Part shown: positions 11,801 through 24,415 of the stretch, piece after piece | Layout: each line of letters starts with the position of its first letter | Numbering within the stretch: position 1 is the first letter of the stretch | Origin: Centroscyllium fabricii | Taxonomy: Eukaryota | Direction of reading: 5' to 3' | Length of the DNA stretch: 64,000 nt | NCBI GenBank assembly: GCA_051313645.2 | Contig: JBNRSN020000010.1 | Span: 47,740,001 to 47,804,000 of the forward strand | Notes under the pieces: model-generated | Databases searched by the model: none | What the model saw: only the letters and a program-made list of their open reading frames with translations | Told to the model about the DNA's origin: nothing | Program-made: the position numbers and the translations under genes

Positions 11801-13671
11801 CCAGTCCCAGTAAGACTGGGGAGCACAACTGTTTCAGAATGTACAATTTAAAATTACGGTACACGCAGCCCTTAACTGTGAGCGTGACGGAGCAGTAGCC
11901 GGTGACGTCCGCGGTGTGGGACTGTGAAGCAAGGGAGACGTGGTAGCGCGTGGGCAGGATCTGCAGTCCGTCGCGCTGCGCTGTATCGGGGTGGATGAAG
12001 CTCTCTGTGCTTCCGGTGTCGAACAGGCAGTTCGTGGCATGGCCGTTGACTTTAATCCCCATCATGGAATTTGATAGGGTGTGCGGCCTAGCCTGATCGA
12101 CTTTCAGGGTGGCTGAGGCCGAAGTGTGTGTGTTTGTGTGGGAGCACTCCGTTGGCCGGGGCCGTGCACAAGATGGCGGCGCCCGTGGTTCGCACATGGC
12201 TGGCCGCTGAAGACAAGATGGCGGCGCCGGGGGGTCGCACGCGGCGGGTCACTGTGGACGCGGTGGCGATGCCCGTGGTTCGCACGCAGCGAGCCGCGGT
12301 GGCTGGGTTGGCGGTGCCCGTGATTCGCACGCAGCGAGCTGCGGTAGCTGGGTTGGCGGTGCCCATGATTCGCACGCAGCGGGCCGCGCTGGGCGTGATG
12401 CCGGCGTTGGGGGGTCGCACATAGCCGGTCGTGGCTGAGTTTGGCGTGCCGTGAGCATCAGGGTGGGGGACGGGGGCGCTTGTACTCTACCCCTGGACCG
12501 TCACTGTATCGCGCTGCAGCTGCAGCTTACCTGAGGCCAAGGGCCGGTGTTGGAGCTTTCGCAGGCTGCACTGTTGTACCTGGAGCTGGACGCCGGGGCC
12601 AATTTGCAGGCCTTGGCGTAGTGTACCTTTTTCGAGCACCTCTCGCAGGTCGCGGTCCTCGCGGGGCATCTCGCCCGTGGGTGTAGTCCCTGGCCGCAGA
12701 AGTAACATCTCTTCCCCGCCGGCGTCTTCGCAGCTGCCGCTGCCGTTGTGGGGGTCTCGACCCATTGTAGGGTTGCCCAGGAGTCGAAGGTAGCGTGTGG
12801 GCTTGGGCTGCCGTATGCCTGTAGCTTGCGGCGTGTGCCCTCCATGGCGTTGGAGACGGAGATCGCCTCGTCTAGAGTTAATGTGTCCTTTTCCAGCAGC
12901 CGCTGGCGGGCCTTTGCGGACTTGAGTCCCGTTACATAGGCGTCCCGGACGAGGAGGTTCGCCTCCTCTTGTGCCGTCCGTGGTTGGCAGTCACAGGCCC
13001 GGACAAGGGCTTGAAGCGCCAACAGGAACTGTTCATTAGACTCACTTGATAGTTGTGGTCTGGTCGTGAGCACATGTCTGGCGTAGACAGAGTGGACCGG
13101 GCGCTCGTAGCATTTCTTCAGTTTCTCCACGGCTTCAGTGTACGTCGTAGCGTCACGGATGAAGGAGAAGACCCGGCTGGAGATCCTGGACCTGAGAACA
13201 TGTAGCTTGTTCCCGTCGGTTGTAGCCTTGGCGGCGTCCATGTAGGCCTCGATGAGGCCGAACCAGTGTTCGAAGGTGTTGGCGGTGGCTGGGTCCTGTG
13301 GACTAATGTCCAGCTTTTTGGGTTTCACAGCGCCGCTCTCCATTTCAAAAAAATTTTAAGCTAATAAAATTGACGTATCGTCAATAGTCTAATAAAACTA
13401 AAGATGCGTAGTTACCTTAACTAAAGGCTTTTATTAGCTTACAAAGGAGCTACGCTCCGATCGAACATCAGGTACAGAATGAATAGGGGCAGGTCTGACC
13501 CCACCTATAAGGCACTCACTTGAGGGGAGGAGTTAGAGGTGTGGCTGACCTGACCCCACGACAGTGTCGCAATACAGAACAATTGTATCATGCACCCGGC
13601 CGCTATACATACAGTGTAATATTGGTAACAATATTAAGGTGGTAATAAGAGTACATATAACGGTTACCACA
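8803..13671 (-). mobile_element. Gypsy LTR retrotransposon A, full length
   Basis: 301-bp LTRs at 8803-9103 and 13371-13671 (about 9 differences by eye), TSD ccttc, PPT gaaggggtgaa, gag-PR-RT-RH-IN. Confidence 0.96.
9123..13343 (-). pseudogene. gag-pol: gag-pol polyprotein of element A, broken by stops
   Basis: ORF pieces starting at 13343, 12458, 12197, 11561 and 10268 share one frame; twin zinc knuckles, protease FDTGS, RT YLDN, RNase H DAS, integrase D..D..E. Confidence 0.92.
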
Positions 13672-13811
13672 CCTTCATAGCGAGAGGGTTTGAGTACAGG
13701 AGCAAGGATGTCTTGCTGCAGTTGTACAGGGCCTTGGTGAGACCACATCTTGAGTATTGTGTGCAGTTTTGGTCACTTTATCTGAGGAAGGATGTTCTTG
13801 CAAAGGAGGAA

Positions 13812-14201
13812 ACAGAGAAACATAGAAACATAGAAACTAGGAGCAGGAGTAGGCCATTCGGCCCTTCGAGCCTGCTCCGCCATTCAATGAGATCATGGCT
13901 GATCATCCAAACCCAGTACCCCACCCCTGCCCTCTCCCCATATCCCTCGATCCCCATCAAGCCCGCACCGACACAAATCTCACCCTATCCCCGTAACCCC
14001 ACATATTCAATCCCCCTAACACTAAGGGTCAATTTATCCTGGCCAATCAAACTAACCCGCACATCTTTGGACTGTGGGAGGAAACCCACGCAGACACGGG
14101 GAGAATGTGCAAACTCCACACAGATAGTACCCGAGGCTGGATTTGAACCCGGGTCTCCAGTGCTGTGAGACAGCAGTGCTAACCACTGAGCCACCGTGCC
14201 G
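13812..14201 (-). mobile_element. V-SINE (HE1-like)
   Basis: Reverse complement of the SINE head and tail; inserted in the CR1. Confidence 0.88.
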
Positions 14202-14417
14202 CGAAGATTCACCAGACTGATACCTGCGATGGTAGGAATGACGTATGAGGAGAGATTGGGTTGATTGGGCTTATATTTGCTGGGCTTATATTCGCTGGAG
14301 TTTAGAAGAATGAGAGGGGATCTCATTGAAACTTTTAAAATTCTAACAGGACTAGATACAGGATGTTCCTGATGGCGAGTGAGTCCAGAACCAGGGGTCA
14401 CAGTCTAAAGATAAGGG

Positions 14418-14960
14418 CCATGATGTGGAGGTGCCGGTGTTGGACTGGGGTGGACAATTGCAAGAAGTCACACAACACCAGGTTATAGTCCAAGTTTTAT
14501 TTTAAATCACAAGCTTTCGGAGCTTCTGCCCCTTCGTCAGGTGAAAGAGAGACTGACTTAAAGAACGCACATATGGGAGGAAGGGAGAAATCCGATCTCT
14601 CCCACATCTCACCTTAGCAGAGATAGACAGAGCACACAAAGGTGTATTAACATATTTTAACACATCAGTCTGAGAGCAATGAGGCACAGTCGCAAGGGGT
14701 CAAATGCTGCAAAACACACAGAATGATTTTTTAAAAAAGGAATTTCCTTACAAGACAAAGATGTCCCTAGTCTGGATGACTCTACGTCAGGCAGGGTCAC
14801 ATGTTGCGTGACATGAAGCCGATATCACGGTTGAGACCATCCTCATGGGTGCGGAATTTGGCTATCAGCCTCTGCTCGACGATTTTGCGTTGTCGTGTGT
14901 CTCGAAGGCCGCCTTGGAGAATGCTTACCCAAAGATCGGAAGCTGAATGTCCTTCACTGC
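14418..14960 (-). mobile_element. Penelope-like element 3' part (GIY-YIG C-terminus and pLTR)
   Basis: Homologous to 24420-25017 and 32412-33520; encodes GGLRDTRQRKIVEQRLIAKFRTHEDGLNRD on the minus strand. Confidence 0.85.
14507..14544 (-). ncRNA. Minimal type I hammerhead ribozyme in a Penelope pLTR
   Basis: tcac-CTGACGA-a-ggggc(agaa)gctcc-GAAA-gc-tt-gtga. Confidence 0.75.
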
Positions 14961-17514
14961 CTAACTGTAAAATTTAATCTATCTAATGATCCTGTGTCTA
15001 ATAAAATACTCGCAGATGCTACAACATCTTTTTCACCCATGATACCTTTCGTGGTTAGGCAGCAGTGTTATCCTGGGGGCCTCCCACAAACACTGAAAGA
15101 CTAGAGATAAAACAAGGAGATCATGGTTGGAAAGGCCTGTGGTTACATTGCAAGGTACATGTCAGTGCACAACACAAACAGCAGGGGCAGTCTGAGAAAA
15201 TTAATTGGAAACTTCAAAGATCACAAACTGAAAGAAAACAACGGCTGCATTGAATTAGCAGTTTGTCTTTCACTGGGACAACAAGGCCAGGGTGTGTAGT
15301 ATGCAATGCCTTATGGGAGTATTCTGGGATGCAGTCCTATCCAGGCTGGTGGTGGTAGGGGCAGTTTTAAAGATGCTTCTCTTTGTATAGAAAATGTTTT
15401 TACAAGATTCCACAACTGAGGTATTAACCCATAAAATCACAGAGAACAGAAGGAGGCAATTCAGCCCATCGTGCCTGTGCCGGCTTTTTGAAAAAGTTAT
15501 CCAATCAGCCCCACAACCCTGTTCTTTCCCCATAGCCCTGCAAATTTTTCCTTTTCCAATTTATATCCAATTCACTTTTAAAAATGACTATTGAATCTGC
15601 TTCCACCACCCTTTCAGGCAATGTTTTCCAGATCATAACAACTCATTGCATAAAAACAGGTTCTCCTCATCCCACCTCTGGTTCTTTTGCCACACTAACC
15701 TTAGTGTGGTAAACCACTTTGTATATATATGTGTGTAACCAACGGCCTGTGATAATGTACATAGTTCTCTGTATATTGCTTACCTGGGCATGCCCATGCT
15801 AGCCCCGCCTGTGACTCCTCCTTCCCAGGAGCAGGTACATAAGCGACTGTCTCCCTTCCCCCATTCATTCTGGGAGCGGTCGACTAGCTGGTGCATGCCC
15901 AACCTTTTAGCTAATAAAAGCCTTTTGTTTCACCTCGTTACATCTCGTCTCCGAGGTCATTGATTCGGTAACAATTTTATTAGCTAAATTTAACTATGGA
16001 GTCCATGCTAAAACCAGCAACGTTCAAACTGGATCCCCAAACACCAGGCGCCTCCAATACATTCACGCAGTGGTTCGACTGTTTCGACGCGTTCCTCAAA
16101 GCGAACGCGGCAGTCCACCGGACAGAGGAGGACAAGCGGCGCCTTCTCAACGCCCGGGTGGGCCCCCAAGTCTACTCGATGATTGCGTATGCATCGTCCT
16201 ACTTAGATGCGATCCGGATTCTAAAAGCCGAGTACAACCGGACACCGAACCTCGTCCACGCCAGACACCTCCTGGCCACCAGAAAGCAGCAACCCGGGGA
16301 ATCGAGCGTGGAGTTCCTACGAGCGCTGAGAGTCCTCTGCCGGGCCTGCAACTGTAAGTCACAGACAGCCCAGGTGCACTCAGTAAGTCTCATCAGGGAC
16401 GCTTATGTAACTGGCCTCAGGTCCGATTATATCCGCCAAAGACTCTTGGAGCAAAACGGTATGGACCTGCAGGCGACAGCTGACCTGGGGAACGCGCTGG
16501 ACTTGGCGTCCCTTAACTTGTCGTCTTACTCGGGCAACCACGCGGCCCCATTGCCGGTGCCGCCATCTTGGGCACAGACAGCCGCGCCGCGACCGGCGGA
16601 AGAGATGACTGTGGCTACGCACTCGAGAGGGCCTAAATGCTACTTCTGCGGCCAGGCCCAACATCCCAGGCGAAACTGCCCGGCGAGAGACGCGGCCTGC
16701 GCGAAATGTGGTAAGAAAGGACATTTTGCTAAAGTCTGCAGAGCAGCGGCAATACCGCCCTCCAAACCGGGCAGCGACGCGTGTGGGCCGTGGGGGCAGC
16801 CATCTTGGACACAGCCATCTTCACCACAGCCCGCCGCGTGGGAGCAGACGCCATCTTGGACACAGCCATCTCCATCACAGCACGTCGCATGGCGGCAGCC
16901 ATCTTGGGACCAGGCCCCATACCTCTCAACCGACTCGACCGACCCAACACTTGCCTCCATCACACTCGACCAGAACAAGAGTCAGCCACTCAGCAGATCT
17001 ATGATGACGGTGCAGGTGACCGGGCAGAGTACAGAGTGCCTTTTTGACAGCGGGAGCACGGTGAGCTTCATCCATCCAGATACGGTAAAGCGCTTCTCCC
17101 TTACAGTTATGCCGGCTAGACAAAAAATATCGATGGCGTCTAATGCCCTAGTTTCACTGGAGGCTAAGAATGCCAAGAATCCCAAGAATCGTCAAGAATC
17201 GAAATTCTTGGCGATTCTGCAAGAAATGCGAAAATTCTTGGTTGATTCTTGGCGATTCTTGGTGAATTCTTGGCGATTCTGGACAAGGTTACGAATCTAT
17301 CACGAATTATTTTACGAATGAGGTACGAATCACTCATGAATCCACCACGAATTGCAAGAATTAATTAAGAATCCACTACGAACTCCACGAATTAGTTACG
17401 AATTCTAAGAATCATCTAAGAATTGATTTTGATAGTTGGCATTTCTGTTGATATTCCGGCATATTCCAGCATTTAAAAAAACCCTGAACCCCTGCTGAAC
17501 CTGTCATTTGTACA

Positions 17515-17838
17515 ATGGGTGTTCGATGGAAAGCATGTGTGGCTCTGGCTGCGGAGTTGGAGCACTATCACGACCTGCTGTTCTTGGAACCCCCAAGAAG
17601 ACAGAGAAGACGCAAGCGCTGGTGGGTTCGACCATGGATGACACCGGCTAGAAGGCTAGAGTTTGGGCACTACCACAGACTGCTGCAGGAACTGAGGCTG
17701 GAAGATCAGAACTCCTTCGTCAACTATGTGAGAATGCCACAGCAGATGTTCGATGAGCTCCTCCAAAGGATCACCCCTTTCATCCAGAGGCAGCACACCC
17801 GGCTGAGACCACCCCTAAATGCTGGACTGAAGCTGTGA
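17515..17838 (+). pseudogene. N-terminal fragment of a Harbinger transposase
   Basis: RWWVRPW...G.YH.LLQELRLED..SF.NYVRM...FDELL..I.P.I.RQ.T.LR motif typical of PIF/Harbinger transposases. Confidence 0.8.
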
Positions 17839-17873
17839 TTTCATGTGTGATGTTTGACTTCAGTCTGTCTGTG

Positions 17874-17911
17874 TTACCTGACGAAGGGGCAGAAGCTCCG
17901 AAAGCTTGTGA
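17874..17911 (+). ncRNA. Minimal hammerhead ribozyme (Penelope-derived) inside the Harbinger element
   Basis: ttac-CTGACGA-aggggcagaagctcc-GAAA-gctt-gtga. Confidence 0.7.
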
Positions 17912-18469
17912 TTTTAAATAAAACCGTTGGACTAAGAAACTGGTGTTGTGTGACTTCTTTGATAAATTGAGACAAATTTTATCTGAAAGTTATTTTTATT
18001 GTGGGAAAAAAATAAAGTGTTATGCAACAAAAGAAAACCAGGATTTAAACAGCAAGCAAGGTATAATGGTAATTTTTATAATAAATAACATATAACCACA
18101 ATTTTGTTAAAACTATTACTATAACCACAAAATTTTATAACATAACCATAACTTTTTATAACTAATATTATATACAAAAACTTTTATAACTAAAACATTT
18201 AACCACTCATTTTTACAACTATTTTTATAAACACAACTTTTTGGAAATAATTTTGAAAAAATCAAGAATGCCCAAGAATAGCCAAGAATGCACTACGAAT
18301 CCACTACGAATCAGTTACGAACGGTAAGAAAGGGTCACGAACGGTAAGAATGGGTCACGAATTGTTTACGAATCTATCACGAATTGGACATTCGTGAACC
18401 CTCCTACGAAATTTTTTGACAAACAAAAACTTTCTTGAAAACACAAAGAACTCCCGCGAACTACCGCGA

Positions 18470-18536
18470 ACTCTACGAAACCGCTACGAATCCACTACGA
18501 ATCCACTACGAATCCACTACGAATCCACTACGAATT
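18470..18536 (+). repeat. 11-bp tandem repeat ccactacgaat
   Basis: About 5 copies, subterminal in the Harbinger element. Confidence 0.85.
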
Positions 18537-21012
18537 GCAAGAATGACCCACGAATCGGCCAAATTTCACAATCGGCACGATTCGGCAATTCGTAGCCTCC
18601 AGTGAAACTAGGGCATAAGTCCGAATCTGCGGACGTCTGCGGTCGCTGCGTTGTGACCCTGACAGTGCGGGACGTACACTTCAGTAATTTTAAAGTATTC
18701 ATGCTGCCGCAACTCTGCGCTCCCTTACTGCTGGGCCTCGATATTCAGTGCCACCTCCAGAGCATTACCATGGCGTACGGTGGGCCCCTTCCCCCGCTCA
18801 CGGTCAGCAACCAGCGCCCCCCGCAGTACCCACAGCGCGCTACCTGCGGCCTCTCGACCCTTAAGGTCGCCCCTCCCTCGCTCTTTGCAAACCTCACCCC
18901 GGACTGCAAGCCCGTCACCACCAAAAGTAGGCGCTACAGTACCTGGGACAGAGACTTCATCAAGTCTGAGGTGAAGCAGCTCCTGAAGGAGGGGGTCATC
19001 GAGGCCAGTAATAGCCCCTGGAGGGCACAGGTAGTGGTGGTGAAGGCTGGAGCCAAACACCAGATGGTTGTGGACTACAGTCAGACCATCAACCGGTTTA
19101 CGCAGCTAGATGCGTATCCCCTCCCCCGTATAGCGGATATGGTGAACCAGATCGCTCAGTTTCGGGTCTTCTCCACCATCGACCTGAAGTCTGCGTATCA
19201 CCAGCTCCCCATCCGCTCACAGGACCGTCACTATACTGCCTTCGAGGCTGACGGCCGCCTCGATCACTTCCTCAGGGTTCCGTTTGGCGTCACCAACGGG
19301 GTCTCGGTCTTCCAAAGAGAGATGGACTGAATGGTTGATCAGTACGGACTGCGGGCCACCTTTCCGTATCTCGATAATGTGACCATCTGCGGCCACGACC
19401 AGCAGGACCATGACGCCAACCTCCAGAAATTTCTCCACACCGCCAAAATGTTAAACCTGACCTGTAACACGGACAAATGTGTGTTCAGGACAACCCGCCT
19501 CGCCATCCTCGGCAGTGTTGTGGAGAATGGGGTCATCGGTCCCGACCCGGACCGCATGCGCCCCCTCCTGGAGCTCCCCCTCCCCCACTCCCTCAAGGCC
19601 CTGAAAAGGTGCTTGGGGTTCTTCGCCTATTATGCCCAGTGGGTCCGCAACTATGCGGACAAAGCCCGCCCACTACTTAAATCAACCACCTTTCCCCTGT
19701 CGACAGAGGCCCGCACGGCCTTCTGCGGCATAAAAGAAGACATTGCAAAGGCCGCGATGCACGCTGTGGACGAGGCCGTCCCGTTCCAAGTAAAGAGCGA
19801 TGCATCGGACTTTGCCCTGGCCGCCACCCTTAACCAGGCGGGCAGACCCGTGGCTTTCTTCTCACGCACTCTCCAGGGCCCCGAGACCCGTCACTCTTCC
19901 GTGGAGAAGGAGGCCCAGGCCATTGTTGAAGCAGTGCGACACTGGAAGCACTACCTGGCCGGCAAACGATTTACCCTGCTGACTGACCAATGCTCAGTCG
20001 CTTTTATGTTCAACAACAAAGAGTGGGGTAAAATCAAGAACGACAAGATATTGAGGTGGAGAATCGAACTCTCCGCTTTCAATTACGATATCTTGTACCG
20101 GCCCGGAAAATTCAACGAGCCCCCAGACGCCCTGTCCCGCGGTACATGTGCCAGCGCACAAGTGGACCGTCTCCAAACCCTGCACAATGACCTCTGCCAC
20201 CCGGGGGTCACCAGGTTGGTCCATTTCATCAAGTCCCGCAACGTCCCCTACTCCATCGAGGAGGTCAAGACCATGACCAGGAACTGCCAGGTCTGTGCGG
20301 AGTGCAAGCCGCACTTCTTTCGGCCAGACCGGGCGCACCTGATCAAGGCCACCCGCCCCTTTGAGCGACTCAGTGTCGACTTGAAAGGGCCCCTTCCCTC
20401 TTCCAACCGCAACGCGTACTTTTTAAACGTCATTGACGAGTACTCGCGTTTCCCCTTCACCATCCCCTGCCCGGACATGACCTCTTCCACAGTCATCAGG
20501 GCACTTCACAGCATTTTCTCCCTGTTTGGCTACCCCAGCTGCATCCACAGCGACCGGGGGGCCTCCTTTATGAGCGACGAGCTGCGTCAGTTTCTGCTAG
20601 CCAAGGGCATCGCTACTAGCAGGACTACCAGCTATAACCCCCGGGGGAACGGACAGGTAGAGAGGGAGAACGCCACCGTCTGGAAGGCCATCCAGTTAGC
20701 CCTACGGTCTAAAGGCCTCCCAGTCTCCCGCTGGCAGGACGTCCTCCCCGAAGCGCTCCACTCAATTAGGTCACTTTTATGTACGGCCACTAACGCCACC
20801 CCTCACGAGCGACTTTTTGCCTTCCCTAGGAAGTCGGCTTCCGGGATCTTGCTGCCGTCATGGCTATCGTCCCCAGGACCCGTCCTGCTCCGGAAGCACG
20901 TGAGGGGCCATAAGTCGGACCCCCTGGTCGAACGGGTCCACCTCCTGCACGCCAACCCCCAGTACGCCTACGTGGCGTACCCTGATGGGAGGGAGGATAC
21001 GGTGTCCATCAA

Positions 21013-21191
21013 GGGGATAGGGTGGGATATGTGTCGCTGCAGGCTCGATAGGGATCGAGGGATATGGGGAGAGGGCAGGGGCGGGGTGCTGGGTTTGGAT
21101 GATCAGCCATGATCTCATTGAATGGCGGAGCAGGCTCGAGGGGCCGAATGGCCTACTCCTGCTCCTATCTTCTATGTTTCTATGTTTCTAT
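21013..21191 (+). mobile_element. 5'-truncated V-SINE inserted in the integrase of element B
   Basis: SINE 3' half with ctatgtttctatg tail splits DTVSI|DLAPAG. Confidence 0.85.
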
Positions 21192-22714
21192 GACCTGGCA
21201 CCCGCGGGTGCCCCCGAGACCAGCACAACCCATCAGCCCGCCCCCCCCCCCCCGACTGCCTACCGCCACCTTCGGGGAACCAGCACCACGGTACGCCGCT
21301 CACTACGAGGCTCCAGCGCCACGGTATGCCCACCCAGCACCTGCAGGCAGCACAGTATGGCCCCCTAGTGTACGCTCCCAAGAGCCGGATGACGAATGGA
21401 AGAGCACGCCCCTGGTCGTTACCGCAAGGGCCCCAACGATGGATTGAACGCCCCCGCCGACCTCGCTGTTACCGACTCCACTGCCAACGGTGCGCCCACC
21501 GACTCCACCACCAGCGGTGCGCCGATCGACTAGGCAGACCAGGCCGCCCGACAGGCTTGACCTCTAAGAACTGCGTCGCATTCGCCCCGCCGGACTTTGT
21601 TTTAAACCAGGGGTGAATGTGGTAACCCACTTTGTATATATATGTGTGTAACCAACGGCCTGTGATAATGTACATAGTTCTCTGTATATTGCTTACCTGG
21701 GCATGCCCATGCTAGCCCCGCCTGTGACTCCTCCTTCCCAGGACCAGGTACATAAGCGACTGTCTCCCTTCCCCCATTCATTCTGGGAGCAGTCGACTAG
21801 CTGGTGCATGCCCAACCTTTTAGCTAATAAAAGCCTTTTGTTTCACCTCGTTACATCTCGTCTCCGAGGTCGTTGATTCGGTAACACTTAGCATACCAGC
21901 ATTTGAGGCGGCAGCTGAGGAATAGCACTGTATACCTTGAGTTAAGTGCCTCCTACTGTCATATTAACATTATTTGTCAGTCATTCCTGAACAATCAGGA
22001 AGGTGACATGGGAGTAGAATCCTCCCTTGAGGACATAGCTGGTTCCAGGCTGAAAGAAATGCTGTGGTACTCATGGCCAATTTATAATACAGGGTATTTG
22101 AATTGAGCAGGACAATTCCATTAAAAAAAAGACATTACTGCGACAAATGCTAATCTTCCTCCCTTCACATTGAAAAACAATGAAACAGATGTTCCTCACA
22201 GCACTTGGGCCATGGAGATCTGCCTGGCCACAGTACACTGAGAAAGGTCAGGCGGGGAGGGTTACAAACTGCGACTGGAGCCCACCCAACAATCAGGTAG
22301 GCTTATAGGTGTGCAAACCTCCCCACTTGATTTTCCTCTATATGCTGTGGCCAACCAACCTCTCTACCTTCTCGTTTTATGAGAATCCACCCCAATATGT
22401 CAAAGTAACAATCTCCAATCTAACATTTGGAAATTGAAAACAGGCTTTGTGCTTTATATTTCATTGGCCTAAATTGTGACCGATAAGGTCAATAAAAGTT
22501 CAACTTATAACTAGCATAACAATCAATTACAAAATGATAAACCCACAAAGGCCCTAAGCACAGAAACTGTGAAAAGATACATCATTCACTGTTCACTTAT
22601 CAGATTTCCTTAACTGAAAACATATTTCATTGCAACATATCCGGCGGACTGAAGAAAGCACAGCCAGTTCATTTACATCGATTTGTATTTCTCTTCTGTC
22701 GGGTTGCTATATTT

Positions 22715-23925
22715 AATATAGACTGGAGGAAAACATACAGTGGTCCCCCAGGGGTCGGTATTAGGACCAAAGGAAAAATGAAGAGCGGTAGTATAAACTA
22801 AATTATATCATTTTAATGGAGGTGCAGGAACAGAGAGAGACCTGGCGAGGCAAAATTGGGTTGTGCCCCCTTTGGGATGCTAACTTCGCCGGGGCGCTAC
22901 TTTTAACGCCCCGAAAAAGTTAACTCCCCCGTGCCTGAAATTCCCTGGTAGTGCCCCAAGAGGGGGGGCGGGGCGCTATAGGAAGCACCCCACCTCTCTC
23001 TTGTGGCGCTGCGAGTGAATATTATGGCGCAACGTGCGGCACATCACGCCACGGTACTGCAGGCCTTCCTCCCCTTCTTAAAGGGGAGGTGCCTAGCGCA
23101 GCGCGACCTGGGGTCTAGCTGAGCCACCAGGGATCGGAGTGCCGGCAAAAGAGCCCGGCACTCAAGAGGAGTGCCAGGATCATGGAGCGCAGCCGGCACC
23201 CCATATGGGGGGGGGCTTCACAGGAGGCCGGGGACAGCAACAAGGGCAAGTGCTGGCAGGCAGCCAGCAACAAAAGTGGCCACCCGGCACCTCCTTTAAT
23301 TTGCTCTATCCCGGTCGCAGATAGGCCCCCCTGACCCTGTCAGACATAGCGTTCAGCGGTAAGTCAGGGGGCGCTACTGAAGATCGCGGCCGGGGTGCTG
23401 TGCACGGCGATGACGTCATTGCCGGAGGCAAAAGCACCATGGGGCGTGAACGGTTACCACCGCTGCTAACCTACTGCTGAATTTCACGGGAGGCGTTAGC
23501 GGCGCCACGCCTGGGTGCTAGTTGCTTTGCGCCCTGTTAGCACCCTCTTAGGACACTAACGGGAGGCGCAAATCAAATGAACTTTTTCCCCCCTGGGTTT
23601 TCACATACTCAAATATTTGAAGGTGGAAGGACAAGTTGATATGACTGTTAAAAAAATATACGGAACCTTGAATTTTTAAATAGAGGCATAGAGTACAAAA
23701 GTAAGGACATTGCGCTTAATCTTTATAAAACACTGGTTAGACCTGAGCTAGAGTATTGTGTCCAATTCTGGGCAGCACACTTTAGGAAGAATGTCAAGGC
23801 CCTGGAGACAGTGCAGAGGAGATTTACCAGAATGGTACCAGTGATGAGGGGTTTCAGTTACCTGGAGAGACTGGAGAAGCTGGGATTGTTCTCCTTGGGA
23901 CAGAGAAGACTAAGGAGAGATTTAA
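22715..23925 (+). mobile_element. CR1 fragment containing a GC-rich MITE-like insertion (~22848-23592)
   Basis: CR1 RT C-terminal remnants flank a GC-rich insert with ggcaaaattg / actttttcccc ends. Confidence 0.55.
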
Positions 23926-23929
23926 TACA

Positions 23930-24415
23930 ATATCAAAATACTGTGGATGCTGGAAATCTGAAATCACAACAGAAAATGCTGGAAATACTCAGCAGGCCAG
24001 GGAGCATCCATGGAGAGAGAAACAGAGTTAACCTTTCAGGTCTGGGACCCTTCATCAGAACTGGAAAAAGCTGGAAATGTAACAGATATTAAGCAGGTGC
24101 AGAGACAGTTGTTGGGGGGGGGAGGGGGGGACAGTTTGGAGGGGAGGAAGGAATTGAAAGGACAAGCTGTGAAAATGTAGCAAATGGGAATGGCAAAATC
24201 ATACAACATGAAAAATGGGGGCAGGGATTATTATCTGAAATTATTGATCTCGATATTCAGCCCGGATGGCTGTAAAATGCCTGATCAAAAGATGAGGTGC
24301 TGTTCCTCGTTGAGCTTCACTGGAACAGTGTAAGAGGCCGAGGACAGAGAGATCAGAGTGGGAGTGAAGCGGAGAATTAAAGTGACAGGCGACCGGAAGC
24401 TCAGGTTCACATGTT
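23930..24415 (-). mobile_element. Penelope-like fragment of a second family, with a hammerhead motif at 24026-24062
   Basis: LPVACHFNSPLHSHSDLSVLGLLHC GIY-YIG C-terminus; agtt-CTGATGA-agggtc..gacct-GAAA-ggtt-aact. Confidence 0.75.

Larger units (their letters stand above)
5070..14417 (+). mobile_element. CR1 LINE (ORF1 esterase end, ORF2 APE and RT), fragmented by nested insertions
   Basis: ORF1 DGLHL SGNH-type motif (5096-5323); APE NARS..GDFN (5510-6115); RT FADD (8059-8715); the CR1 resumes after the Gypsy TSD at 13677 and after the SINE at 14202. Confidence 0.9.
17144..18615 (+). mobile_element. Non-autonomous PIF/Harbinger transposon
   Basis: TIR tgccctagtttcactggaggct / agcctccagtgaaactagggca, TAA TSD; removing it restores the protease frame (MASKSESAD); dense acgaat/aagaat subterminal repeats. 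Confidence 0.93.
15996..21567 (+). pseudogene. gag-pol: gag-pol of element B (interrupted by a Harbinger element, a TGA at 19328 and a SINE)
   Basis: CYFCG..H..C/CAKCG..GH..C knuckles, FDSGS protease, YLDN RT, RNase H, integrase; gag and protease are in one frame. Confidence 0.92.
15705..21886 (+). mobile_element. Gypsy LTR retrotransposon B, full length with two nested insertions
   Basis: 269-bp LTRs at 15705-15973 and 21618-21886 (about 4 differences), TSD cttag, PPT aggggtgaa. Confidence 0.96.
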
